Of a stretch of DNA of 60,247 nucleotides, positions 45,195 to 55,400 are shown piece by piece. A program made the translations under genes and the position numbers. Positions within the stretch are counted from its first letter, which is position 1. Each line of letters opens with the position of its first letter. A model generated the notes under the pieces. That model ran no database searches. It was not told the origin of the DNA and was given only the letters and a program-made list of their open reading frames with translations. This DNA comes from a virus (taxonomy: Duplodnaviria; Caudoviricetes). The stretch covers positions 1 to 60,247 of IMG/VR virus record IMGVR_UViG_3300028392_000069; one strand, 5' to 3'.

Positions 45195-46075
45195 GTAATT
45201 TGACTATTCTTGACCAATCGTTACCCGACTTCTTGCAAACTGCTGGAGTCAGTGAGCTTACGAAGCAATTGGCTGGCCGTAGCGGGGTTAAACGTATTGT
45301 CCCTAAGAACGGCATATTCCGCAAAATGGTAGGCGGCGAAGAGATGGGTAAAGTTAAGGGCGACCTTGATACTATTGTTGTTAACGCATCCCCCCATGTT
45401 GGACGTATTTTCTACGCGCAAGCATGGACTCCTGATGCCGAGCCGACTGCGCCTGACTGCTTCTCTAACGATGGACGTGCTCCCGATGCAGGTTCAACAA
45501 ACCCCCAAGCAGAGCGCTGCGATAGTTGCAATCAGAACATCAAAGGTTCGGGCCAAGGTAACTCCAAAGCTTGCCGGTATTCCCGCCGCATTGCACTGAC
45601 TTTGGTTGAAGACTTTAATACTTCTTTAGAAGGTTCTGTGTATCAAATGAACTTGGCATCTAAGTCTTTGTTTGGTGATAGCGCAGGGGACAATACCCAT
45701 ACGTTTGAAAACTACTCTAAGTACTTGAGCAACAACGGCAAGAGCTTGGACTACGTTATTACACAGATCAGCTTCAACGAAGAGAACGACAACCAATCCG
45801 TTCTGTTCACGCCGACTGGTTACATTAACAAAGCGCAGTACGCTGTAACTAGTAAGGTAGCCGCATTACCGGAAGTTCAGAAGATGGTAGTTATGACTCC
45901 GTATCAAGCGGATGTATCGGGACGTGCGCCTAAGTTGGAAGCCCCTAGAGCCCCTGCGCCTAAAGCCGAAGACCCTATTGGTGAGCCAGTGAAGCGGGCA
46001 TCGAAAGCGCCTGCTGTGCCGGTCACTAGAAAAGACCTTGACTCGGTAGTAAAAGCTTGGAGCGACGAGGAGTAA
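45191..46075 (+). CDS. Putative ssDNA-binding/annealing protein with Cys cluster
   Basis: PDCFSNDG..P...C.SC..N..GS....KAC; Pro/Ala linker and acidic C-terminus WSDEE typical of SSBs. Confidence 0.55.
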   Translation: MSNLTILDQSLPDFLQTAGVSELTKQLAGRSGVKRIVPKNGIFRKMVGGEEMGKVKGDLDTIVVNASPHVGRIFYAQAWTPDAEPTAPDCFSNDGRAPDAGSTNPQAERCDSCNQNIKGSGQGNSKACRYSRRIALTLVEDFNTSLEGSVYQMNLASKSLFGDSAGDNTHTFENYSKYLSNNGKSLDYVITQISFNEENDNQSVLFTPTGYINKAQYAVTSKVAALPEVQKMVVMTPYQADVSGRAPKLEAPRAPAPKAEDPIGEPVKRASKAPAVPVTRKDLDSVVKAWSDEE

Positions 46076-46078
46076 TCC

Positions 46079-46318
46079 ATGAGCTACGGATATAGCCAAC
46101 GACTTGTAGAAGCCAATAAAACGGCAGACCCTAGTTCGTGGGGCGTTCTCCTTGGTTCACGTTGCATTGAGTACGGCATACCTGTCAGTTATGTAGCTGG
46201 AAAAATTGGTGTAAGTCGGACAACGGTTTACAACTGGTTTTGGGGAGCTCGCTCCCCCAGCGTGAATCATTGCCAGCGTATCGCCGTACTTTTGCCCAAG
46301 CTTAAAAAGCTCAAATAA
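46079..46318 (+). CDS. Cro/XRE-like HTH protein
   Basis: VSYVAGKIGVSRTTVYNWFWG helix-turn-helix. Confidence 0.8.
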   Translation: MSYGYSQRLVEANKTADPSSWGVLLGSRCIEYGIPVSYVAGKIGVSRTTVYNWFWGARSPSVNHCQRIAVLLPKLKKLK

Positions 46319-46376
46319 ACCCAAGCGAATGTTTGGGGGCATCGCCCCCAGCGTAGCTGTCTCTAAAAGAAACACA

Positions 46377-49217
46377 ATGCCCACTTTTGACCTATTGGAC
46401 GCTGTACTTCCCGCTGAGGGTAGGTACTGTGTACTAGGGTTAGGGCGATATTCGGATCAAAAGTTTTATGATACAAGAGCAGAGGTAGACGAACAGGCAA
46501 AGACGCTTGTAGGTGGAAAGTTTGATGTGTATTTTGGGTGCGCCAAGTTCGGCCCGCTTAACAACCGTACACACAAAAATGCCACGTACTTTCGCGCACT
46601 GTGGATGGATATTGATTGCGGCCCCACAAAGGCTGCACCTGATGATAAGGGCGTCATCAAAGGTTATATTGACCAAGCCACAGGTCTTACCGAATTCAAA
46701 AAGTTTTGTTCTAGAGTAGGATTACCACGCCCAATTTTGGTTAGTTCAGGTTACGGCATCCACGCATATTGGCTGCTAGAAGAAACCATTGACCGACTAA
46801 GTTGGGAGCCCATTGCTAACCGCCTTCGTGAGTTGTGCGTTGAGCAGGGGTTGATTGTTGACCCTTCTGTATTTGAAGCATCCCGAGTACTGCGCATACC
46901 CGGTACATTTAACTTTAAACAGGATGAACCTATAGAGGTAACTGTACTTAATGAAGTAAGCGAGCGTATATCCTATGCCCAATTACGCGACATTCTCGGA
47001 GCACCGGAACCACAGCCGGTAGAAGAGAAGCCTGACTTTATACCCCGCAGCATGAGTCCTTTGATGGAGTCCGTGCTACAGAATAAGATCAAGCGATTTA
47101 AAACAATAATGATGAAGTCCGCAGCAGGGGAAGGTTGTAACCAACTTCTTTATTGCTACGAGAACCAAGCCACACTCGACTACAACTTATGGCGCTCTGC
47201 GCTTTCCATAGCAACCTTTTGCGTGGATAGAGACTCTGCGGTACACAAAATGTCTGCGGAGCATCCTGACTATGACAGGTACAAAACTGAACATAAAGTA
47301 GATGACATACAACGTACTGGAGGCCCACACCATTGCGCTACGTTTGAGAAGCAGAACCCCGGTGGGTGCGATGGATGTAAGCACAAGGGGAACATAAAGT
47401 CCCCCATCGTATTGGGCGTTGAGATTGAAGAAGCCGATGACGGTGAGCTTGAGGTTGAAACCGACGGTGAAGTGGAAGTTGTACAAGTACCTGAGTATCC
47501 GTTTCCATTTTTCCGTGGCAAGAATGGCGGGGTCTACTGTAGACCCGCTGAAGGTGAAGAGGCAGACCCGGCTTTGGTGTATGAGCACGACTTGTACATC
47601 ATTAAGAGGCTGACTGACCCTGACATCGGTGAGACCCTGTTGTTTAGATTGCACCTACCGCGAGATGGCATGAAGGAATTCTCTATCCCGTTAGGTGTGA
47701 TTTCATCAAAGGAAAAACTTCGTGAAGCATTAGCAAGTAGAGGCGTAGGCTTGTTTACCAAACAGGTTGACCTCATGTGTACTTACATAATGACTTCGGT
47801 AAAAAACTTACAAGTAGTAAAGAAAGCAGAAATTATGAGAACTCAATTTGGTTGGGCCGACAACGATAGCAAGTTCATTCTCGGCGAACGAGAGATTACA
47901 AAGGATGGGGTGTTCTATAGCCCGCCTTCGCACATAACTAGGACGGTTGCTGAGAACCTCAACGAGCATGGCAGCTTTGAGCTATGGAAGCAGGTGTTTA
48001 ACATGTACGCCAAGCCGGGGCTTGAACCTCACGCATTTGCAGCCCTCACCGCATTCGGCTCCCCCTTGTTGAAATTTACCGGCATGTCGGGGGCAATCAT
48101 CAATGTCATCCACAGTAGCTCAGGCTCAGGCAAATCGACAGCACTCTTTATGTGCAACAGCGTGTGGGGGCACCCTACAAAGCTTGCTTCTATTTGGAAA
48201 GACACATTTAACGCAAAGATGCACCGACTTGGTGTAATGAACAACCTGCCCAATACCATTGACGAGATTACCAATACGAGTCCGATGGAGTTCTCTGACT
48301 TGTCTTATAGCATTTCGCAGGGGCGGGGTAAGAACAAAATGAAGGGCTCGGTTAATGAAGAGCGAATCAATCACACAAGTTGGCAAGGTATAACCCTATC
48401 TTCTTCTAACGCTAGTTTTTACCAAAAGCTTGGGGCAGCTAAGGACTCACCAGATGGTGAATCAATGCGGTTGCTAGAGTATGAGATTAAGCCCACAGAC
48501 ATCATAAATGTTGCCGAGGGTAAGCACATGTTTGACCATCAATTGCGGGAGAACTATGGACACGCAGGGGAAATCTATGCTCAGTGGTTGGTAAACAACC
48601 TTGAAGATGCCAAAGACTTAGTGCGCCAAATACAGGCAAAGCTGGATAAAGAAGTGCAGTTCACCGCACGGGAAAGGTTTTGGTCAGCCGTTGCAGCCTG
48701 CAACATAGCAGGTGGCTTAATTGCTAGAAGTTTGAAGCTGCACGATTATGATATGGGGAAGGTATATAGCTGGCTTAAAGGTATGCTTGGTGAGATGCGG
48801 GAGGACATTCGACCCCCATCTATTAACCCAGTCGCTTCTCTGGGTGACTACATCAACTCCCACATGAACAACGCATTGGTGGTCAATGGTGAGAACGATG
48901 CTAGAAACAACATGCTGCCTATGCCAACTCTGGAGCCCAAAGGCCCACTCTACATACGATACGAACCCGATACAAAGCAGCTATGGGTGACTGCCAAAGC
49001 GTTTAAAGACTTTTGTGTTGACCGTCAAATCAACTACAAGGAACTACTGAAGCAGTTGAAGGATGCCGGTATGTTTAAAGACGCTGTTAATAAGCGCATG
49101 GCTAAAGGGATGAAGGTTGTTTCCCCTGCGGTTCGTGCGCTGTTGTTCGATGCTTCGCAGTCTGACTTTATACAGATAGAGGCTAGTGGAAATGAAGATA
49201 GAGACAGTAAGCTATAA
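46377..49217 (+). CDS. Primase-helicase fusion (primase N-terminus, DUF927-like central domain, P-loop helicase)
   Basis: WMDID, SG.GIHAYW and RVLRIPGT primase motifs; Cys cluster C......CDGC.H; QFGW; SGSGKST Walker A; IDE Walker B. Start taken as ATG 46377. Confidence 0.85.
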   Translation: MPTFDLLDAVLPAEGRYCVLGLGRYSDQKFYDTRAEVDEQAKTLVGGKFDVYFGCAKFGPLNNRTHKNATYFRALWMDIDCGPTKAAPDDKGVIKGYIDQATGLTEFKKFCSRVGLPRPILVSSGYGIHAYWLLEETIDRLSWEPIANRLRELCVEQGLIVDPSVFEASRVLRIPGTFNFKQDEPIEVTVLNEVSERISYAQLRDILGAPEPQPVEEKPDFIPRSMSPLMESVLQNKIKRFKTIMMKSAAGEGCNQLLYCYENQATLDYNLWRSALSIATFCVDRDSAVHKMSAEHPDYDRYKTEHKVDDIQRTGGPHHCATFEKQNPGGCDGCKHKGNIKSPIVLGVEIEEADDGELEVETDGEVEVVQVPEYPFPFFRGKNGGVYCRPAEGEEADPALVYEHDLYIIKRLTDPDIGETLLFRLHLPRDGMKEFSIPLGVISSKEKLREALASRGVGLFTKQVDLMCTYIMTSVKNLQVVKKAEIMRTQFGWADNDSKFILGEREITKDGVFYSPPSHITRTVAENLNEHGSFELWKQVFNMYAKPGLEPHAFAALTAFGSPLLKFTGMSGAIINVIHSSSGSGKSTALFMCNSVWGHPTKLASIWKDTFNAKMHRLGVMNNLPNTIDEITNTSPMEFSDLSYSISQGRGKNKMKGSVNEERINHTSWQGITLSSSNASFYQKLGAAKDSPDGESMRLLEYEIKPTDIINVAEGKHMFDHQLRENYGHAGEIYAQWLVNNLEDAKDLVRQIQAKLDKEVQFTARERFWSAVAACNIAGGLIARSLKLHDYDMGKVYSWLKGMLGEMREDIRPPSINPVASLGDYINSHMNNALVVNGENDARNNMLPMPTLEPKGPLYIRYEPDTKQLWVTAKAFKDFCVDRQINYKELLKQLKDAGMFKDAVNKRMAKGMKVVSPAVRALLFDASQSDFIQIEASGNEDRDSKL

Positions 49218-49386
49218 CGTCAATTGGGCTAAGTTCCGCAAGGGGTATTCCTTTTTTGTACCCTGCATTGACCATGTGGAAGCAAGAGCAGAACTTGGCC
49301 GAGTAGCTCGCCGACTCAAACTAAAAATCATAACAAAGTTGATAGTTGAGGATGGCATAAAAGGTTTGCGAGTGTGGAGACTATGA
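49186..49386 (+). CDS. Small hypothetical protein (66 aa)
   Basis: SFFVP...GLRVWR motif; last gene of the replication arm. Confidence 0.75.
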   Translation: MEMKIETVSYNVNWAKFRKGYSFFVPCIDHVEARAELGRVARRLKLKIITKLIVEDGIKGLRVWRL

Positions 49387-49394
49387 GCTAAACT
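49366..49394 (+). promoter_or_regulatory. Putative sigma70 promoter for a small RNA
   Basis: TTGCGA-N17-TAAACT; predicted +1 near 49400. Confidence 0.45.
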
Positions 49395-49399
49395 AAACT

Positions 49400-49466
49400 G
49401 TTGGTAAGCAGTTGCCGACTGTCATGTGTTCTCCTTTTACTCCCGGCTTACCACCGGGGGTTTTTT
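49400..49466 (+). ncRNA. Candidate anti-Shine-Dalgarno small RNA
   Basis: 5' hairpin GUUGGUAA-GCAG-UUGCCGAC, unpaired UGUCAUGUGUUCUCCUUUU, terminator hairpin plus U run. Confidence 0.5.
49439..49466 (+). terminator. Intrinsic terminator at the convergence of the two arms
   Basis: ACTCCCGG-CTTACCA-CCGGGGGT followed by a T run. Confidence 0.85.
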
Positions 49467-52400
49467 CATTCCTTCGCCGCTTCGCGTTCCAGTTTTCCAA
49501 TCGGCACATCAAGCAGATCAGCCAAAGCAGGATAGAACTTTTCTTCAATTGGAAACCCACGGTAAGATTTAAGCCGCTGTTCTAAACGCTTTTGCAGCAT
49601 ATTGGGTAGGTCGTCTGTATTGACTCCGTTTGCAGGATTGCGGTAGTTAAATTTAAGCACGTTTCCAATAGCATCATCTACTGCTTTGTCGCTACCCAAT
49701 TCGGCCTCTCTATCTAACCGTTTAATCAACTCCCCTTTTTCCTGTATGACCTTAGCTTTAAGCGCATTAGCTTTAAATAGAGCTTCTTGCTGGGAAGCAA
49801 GCCCCGTAGTGCGTGCGCCGAGTCCTTGTGCGATCAATTGCGCTTTAGTAAATTCTTCAGGTTCTTTAATCACTGCTCCTGTACTGGTACGAACACCTTC
49901 TTGGCTATACCTATATGCAGTTACTGGAGCGCGTAACACAGCGGGTAAAAGTTTCTCTATACCCTGTAATGTTTTACCCTGCTTGAACGAATCTATTGCC
50001 GACGGTATTTGATTAAGCATCAAACTAGCAAATGGGCCAGCCATAGATAGCGCGTATTGCTGCGCAGTGGCTACCTCGGTAGCTTGTTCTTTTTGGTCTG
50101 GGAACCACATGTTGTTCATAGACAAGCTGTTAGACATGTTGTACCCAGTAAGCGTATCTAACACACCAGCATCCAGTAATTCCGAAATCTTATAGCCCCC
50201 AATCTGGGCCTCACCAAACATACGAGGTATAACTACATTGCGGAAATATGTTTCTAGATCGCGTTCTTCTAATGGGTCATCGTCATCTTCATCCCGCATT
50301 TGGTTGATAATTCCCTGTACAGCGCCCATAGCAGCACTGATACCCGGTATGCCAACGTAACCAGCTATTAATCCAGACATAGCTAAAGAACCAAAGAACT
50401 GTATAGCCGCTTCTTTTTTAGCCGCGCTATCCATACCAGCCATCATGCGGTAAGCATTACGTGTAAAGTAAGTGGTTACAAAGGTTGGGTATGATTTAAA
50501 TTGCAACAGGGTACGACCAAGCGGGCCACGCATAATTCGACCACGATTGCTTTCTTTGAAGTTGCCGAGCGAGTCGTGGGTATCTTTGACTGCTTGCTCT
50601 ACTGCGTCATCAAAAGACATACCCTCTTTGCGACTTAAACGGAAGGAAGTCATAAACATAACTTCGCGGTTCAAGCGCTCTACGTGATGAAATAGTGCGC
50701 CCATCATGTTAGTTGCAGTCCTCCACGCACCGGAATACTTTGCAGTTGGAGTACTACGGCGGTCCATTAGGTCATAAGTCATTGTGACTTCGCTAATACC
50801 CCTATCTATCATGGCTTCACCAGCCCGCTGCTCTTCTGGATTAAGCTTAACTCTACTAGAATTTAAGAGCGTCGGCATAGAGAACTTGCCATCTTTATCT
50901 CTGACGCCGACATCGTTATATACCGTCATCATTTTGCCCATTTCGAGAAACACACTGGGGGCGCTATGACGAGACAACAGCACGGGCAGTCCCATGACCG
51001 GTAAAGAAGCTGCCTGTACAACTGCGGTTTTTACCGAAGTCATAAAGTATAGAAACGCCGACTTGTTTGCAAAGTTTGCTACACCACGGGCCATAGAATC
51101 TATTGGGGGTGGAGCGATATCTAGCTCGACACGTTTTCCAAGTTCATCTACTAGCATTACTAGCTTATCTTTTTCTGGGTTGCCTTTAAGCCCTTCTTTA
51201 GCAGAATCTATTGCAAGCAACAGCGGCTGGCTGTACTTCAACCGAGCAAGCTGGCTTGCCATGTTTGTGGACGAGGTGATAAAGTTGCGCAGAGCATCCC
51301 CTGAAAAACCAGCCGTACCTTTGCGGTGAATAAACTGCCGACGGAAACTCTGCTCAGGCATTGTCTGCAAGTACAACTGATAGATTTGGTCCTTCAGTTT
51401 TTCTGCTTCTACGTTCTCTAGGCTATTCCCAATTAACTCAAAAATTTCTTTGAGTAGCGGGGCCGAGTTGTTATCAATGCTTTTGTTGCGCAGTGCGGTT
51501 AAGTCATTACCGGTTTCGATATCTTCGTCACCTTTCATCTGGTCTAAAGTGCGAGCGTCGCCCTCTGCGTTTAATTGACGCACCTGCTTACGCATAAAGA
51601 GTTCTCTATCGACCACGCTTTCAAACATGTAGAACTCTTTTTTCTTGCCAGAACCTATGCGCAACCAGTAATCGCCATAGCGCATCAGTGGGAAATACGG
51701 AGCAAGCTTTTTACCTGCCTCGTACATCTTCTTGATCTCTACCATCAACTGCCCTTTAGGTGTATCAGGATTGTTTGGGTCACCGGGAATCTTTAGGTTA
51801 TTAATGCGCTCGTTTAATAAAGTGCGATATAAATCATAGTTAGATTTATAAAAATCACGCACTTCTGCGTACACTTCCTTAGCGGTATCGCTAAGGCCAT
51901 TCCACATCTTGTTAAGTACGGGGTCTTTTGTATTGTTAGACGGGTCTATGCCTTTATCCGTGCTGTAGTGCATTACAGCAGACAAATCAATTAGCTCGTT
52001 TCGCTTACCTTTGATGTACTTACCGTACATACCCGAATTTATTTCAAGCCATTTTTCTACAACATTAGCGGCACCGCTTAACATTTTGGAGCGCATGGAA
52101 TCCATGTCATCCATAAGACGAGTAGCCCTATCCATGTTAGTTATGCCAAGATTTTTGCCCCACTCTGCTAGTACATTAGTTTGTATAGCAGGTAACAGGG
52201 CTTGTAGTTTTTTAACATTGAGCCCACTCCAAATAGCTTTGAGTGTGTCTAAGAAAACTCTAGGGTCACGCATCCCAATGAGAGAGTCAATACCATCTAT
52301 AGTTTCCTGCGCATCTTTGCTTTTTTGTATTTTGCGCTGAATAGCGGTAATTTTTTTGGAGGCTTTCTTAGCTTCCAAAGCGACTTCTTCTTTACCCTTA

Positions 52401-55400
52401 GCTGCTTCACTAGCTAGCTTGCGCTCCGACTTAGCAACCATCTGCATGTCAGGGGTCAGCCTAGAAGATAGCACTTTGTCAGTAACTGCAATCAGATCAG
52501 ACAACGCATTGAACTTGTCAGGTGTCATGCCGAGTAGTTCGCGCATTGTGTTTACAAACTTGTTGTAAAGCGAGGACAACGGCTGAATCAGTTTTTCCCC
52601 TACGAACTCACCTTTTTCCTTCATCCCTTCAGCACCCATCAGGAATTTTTGGAAAGCAGGGTCAGTCATACCGTAGGATATGAACTCATGCGGGTTAGAG
52701 AATGCCTCCGACTTATTTTTTAAGTCAACTATACCTTCTGGTAATTTGCCTTCGCTTTCTAGTCGGTTGTACTCTGCTTCCGCATTTTTCATTACCTTGA
52801 CCAGATCGGTATACGCACGGGTCAGTTTTGCATCGCCAGAAAAGCCCCTGTCAAAAGCTAATTTAGCAAGAGAGAGTTTTTGCTGTAACGCTGCATGAAG
52901 CACTTCATGCGCAACAACCGTGGGGTTTATGCCTTGGTACTCACCGCCACTTGAACCGCGCACATAGATAGTTTTTTCACCAGTAGCTCTGTTCTCTATG
53001 TAAACACCACGAGAACGGTTTTCATCTTCGCCCCAAGCTTCTTTGTGCCGCTCCAGTTGCTCAGGTAACGGCTCGCTTTCTTCTACCACTATAAACTTGG
53101 TATTCATTACAAAGGGCAGCAAACGTTTAGCCAAGAAAGCTTGGAATGGGGTACCGGTATCTATGATGCGTTTAAGAGCTTGGCTAGCATTGGTATCCTT
53201 TTTAAACCCTTCGTTTGGCGCTTCAGCTTCTACATTACCAGCATTGCTTTTAGAGGCGCGTTCTTGCGCTTTGACTTTACGGCCCTTGATAATGTCATCA
53301 AGCTCTTTTTTAGAGATGCGGGAAGTATCGTTAAGTACTTCTTTGATGCGTTTGCCTAACTCAGTACCACGATGTTTAGCCTCAAGATCAAGCAGATCAT
53401 TGATAGCATCACGTTTGTCACCTTGCTTTTCACGCGACTGATTGATTACGTCGGCTTCACTTTCAACATCTTCGGGCTTGATGTCTTCGTTAGCTTTGTC
53501 AAGTTTGCCTAAGACTTTGGGTAGAGTGCGCTCACCCTTCATGTACTCACGTCTAGCGGTCTTACGCTCGTCAGCTTTCTGTGCCTTTTCTTCTTCCGTA
53601 AGTTCAGCCTTTGGCCGACCACGTTTGCTTACTCCGGCTGCTGGTGCTTTTTGTTCTTGCGCTTTTGCTTCGACGGTTTCAACGGTTTTAATGCCACTTG
53701 GTTTTCCTTTGGTTTCTGTATTTCGGGTTGCGTCAAGCGCGTTTATTGCATCAGTTTCTTCTTGAGTTCTTTCCACTTTTGCACGGGGAGGCGGCGGTGG
53801 AGGTGGTGGGACTATTGCAGGGGCTGGCTTTCCTTTTCCTTCAGCAAGCTCTCCAACATCCTGCTCAGTAGAAACCACTCCATCTCGTTTAGGTGCTCCA
53901 AGTCCTTCGGTGGTGGCAGCATCGGGTAGGGGTTGTACAGCACTTTCATCGCCGACTCCAGTTGTATCTGGGACAGGTCTTGCAACATTTGTCGCTCCTT
54001 GTTGGTCTGCTTGTTTTGCATCTAGGGCTTCCTGCACAGCTTGTTCAACTGCTTTGTTGTGGGCTGTCTGTGGGTTTTCCCCAGCAGAAACCATGTCGAT
54101 TCTAAGTTGCTCAACACGTTGAGGGTCAGCTTGTTCTTCAAATGCCACCCGTGCAAGGCGTTCGGCATCATCAGTCATGTAACCTTTTTTGCGGAAGTCC
54201 GCTACAAGCGCCGCAAAGTTAGCATCAACCGTAGGTATTAGCGCAGTAGTAGTTAACGCTTCGTCGGTAAGCTTAGGTTCTACTCTTCCTTCTGTTGGCG
54301 CAGCTTCGGCTGGCGGTTGTACTTCTTCAAGGTTAGGCTCTACTCTCCCCGGTACTGGGGCAATTTGGGCTTCCGGTGTAAGTACAGGTTCAGCACCTTT
54401 AGAGGCAGGTAATTTTTTCCGTGTGAGTTTTGGTTCTACTCTTTGCACGGGAGCAGGAGCGGCAGGAGCAGCAGGAGCAGCAGGAGCAGCAGGAGCGGCA
54501 GGAGCGGCAGGAGCGGCAGGAGCGGCAGGTTCTTCTGAAAGCTTAATTATTTTGCTAGGGTCAGCTATAGGTTTGGTCAAATCAAGTATTTTGCCCGCTG
54601 CTTTCCCTGCTCCACGGAGTCCAACACCCATCATCCCTGCTTGGATGGCAGTATCACGCAACCCATCTATGAACTCTTCCATTGTAAGGTTTGGATTCAA
54701 ACCAATACCGGGGAGCAAATCAACACCTGCTTGTCCTGAATATTGAACCAGTGAAACAGGGACTTCCCTTACACCCGCTTGCAATAATTGATTGCCCGCA
54801 AGTTTTTTAAGTTCGATAGATGCGTTTTGATCTAAAAGTGTTTTTATAGAGTTACCAACTTTGTCAAGCCCAATAAGTTTGTTGCTTACTAACGCAAACG
54901 CGCCAGAGGGGACGGCATTTCCAAATGCTTCAAGCGGTGTTTTACCTTGCTCTCTTGCTTTTGAATACTGTTGGGAACCAATCATTACCCCAAACAAAGG
55001 AGCAGCAGCTTCGGGGCCAAATGCGGAAAGAGCTAATATTTGTGCTGCACCGGACGCAGCCGATTCGCCTTGGCTAGTTAAGTAGTTAGTTAGCGTAGGT
55101 ACAACACTCTTAGGCCCAAAACCTTCAACACCACCAGTCCTAGCTGGCCCCATTGCTGCTTCGCGCTCTTCTGCATTTAATCCCGCGCCCCGGCCAATTT
55201 CTTGAAAAGTTTCGTTTCCTGTTACATCCCCCGCAAGACGATAAAGCCCTGCTATACCTTTTTCACCACCTACTAAAGCTTTCGCCGTAACACGAGCAGG
55301 AAAGCTAGCGCCCTGCATTTTTTCACCAGAAATTGTGGCAGCAGAAGGGACGACCCTAATGCCTTGAGTCATGTTTGGGGCAGTTTGGATTTTGTTTTGT

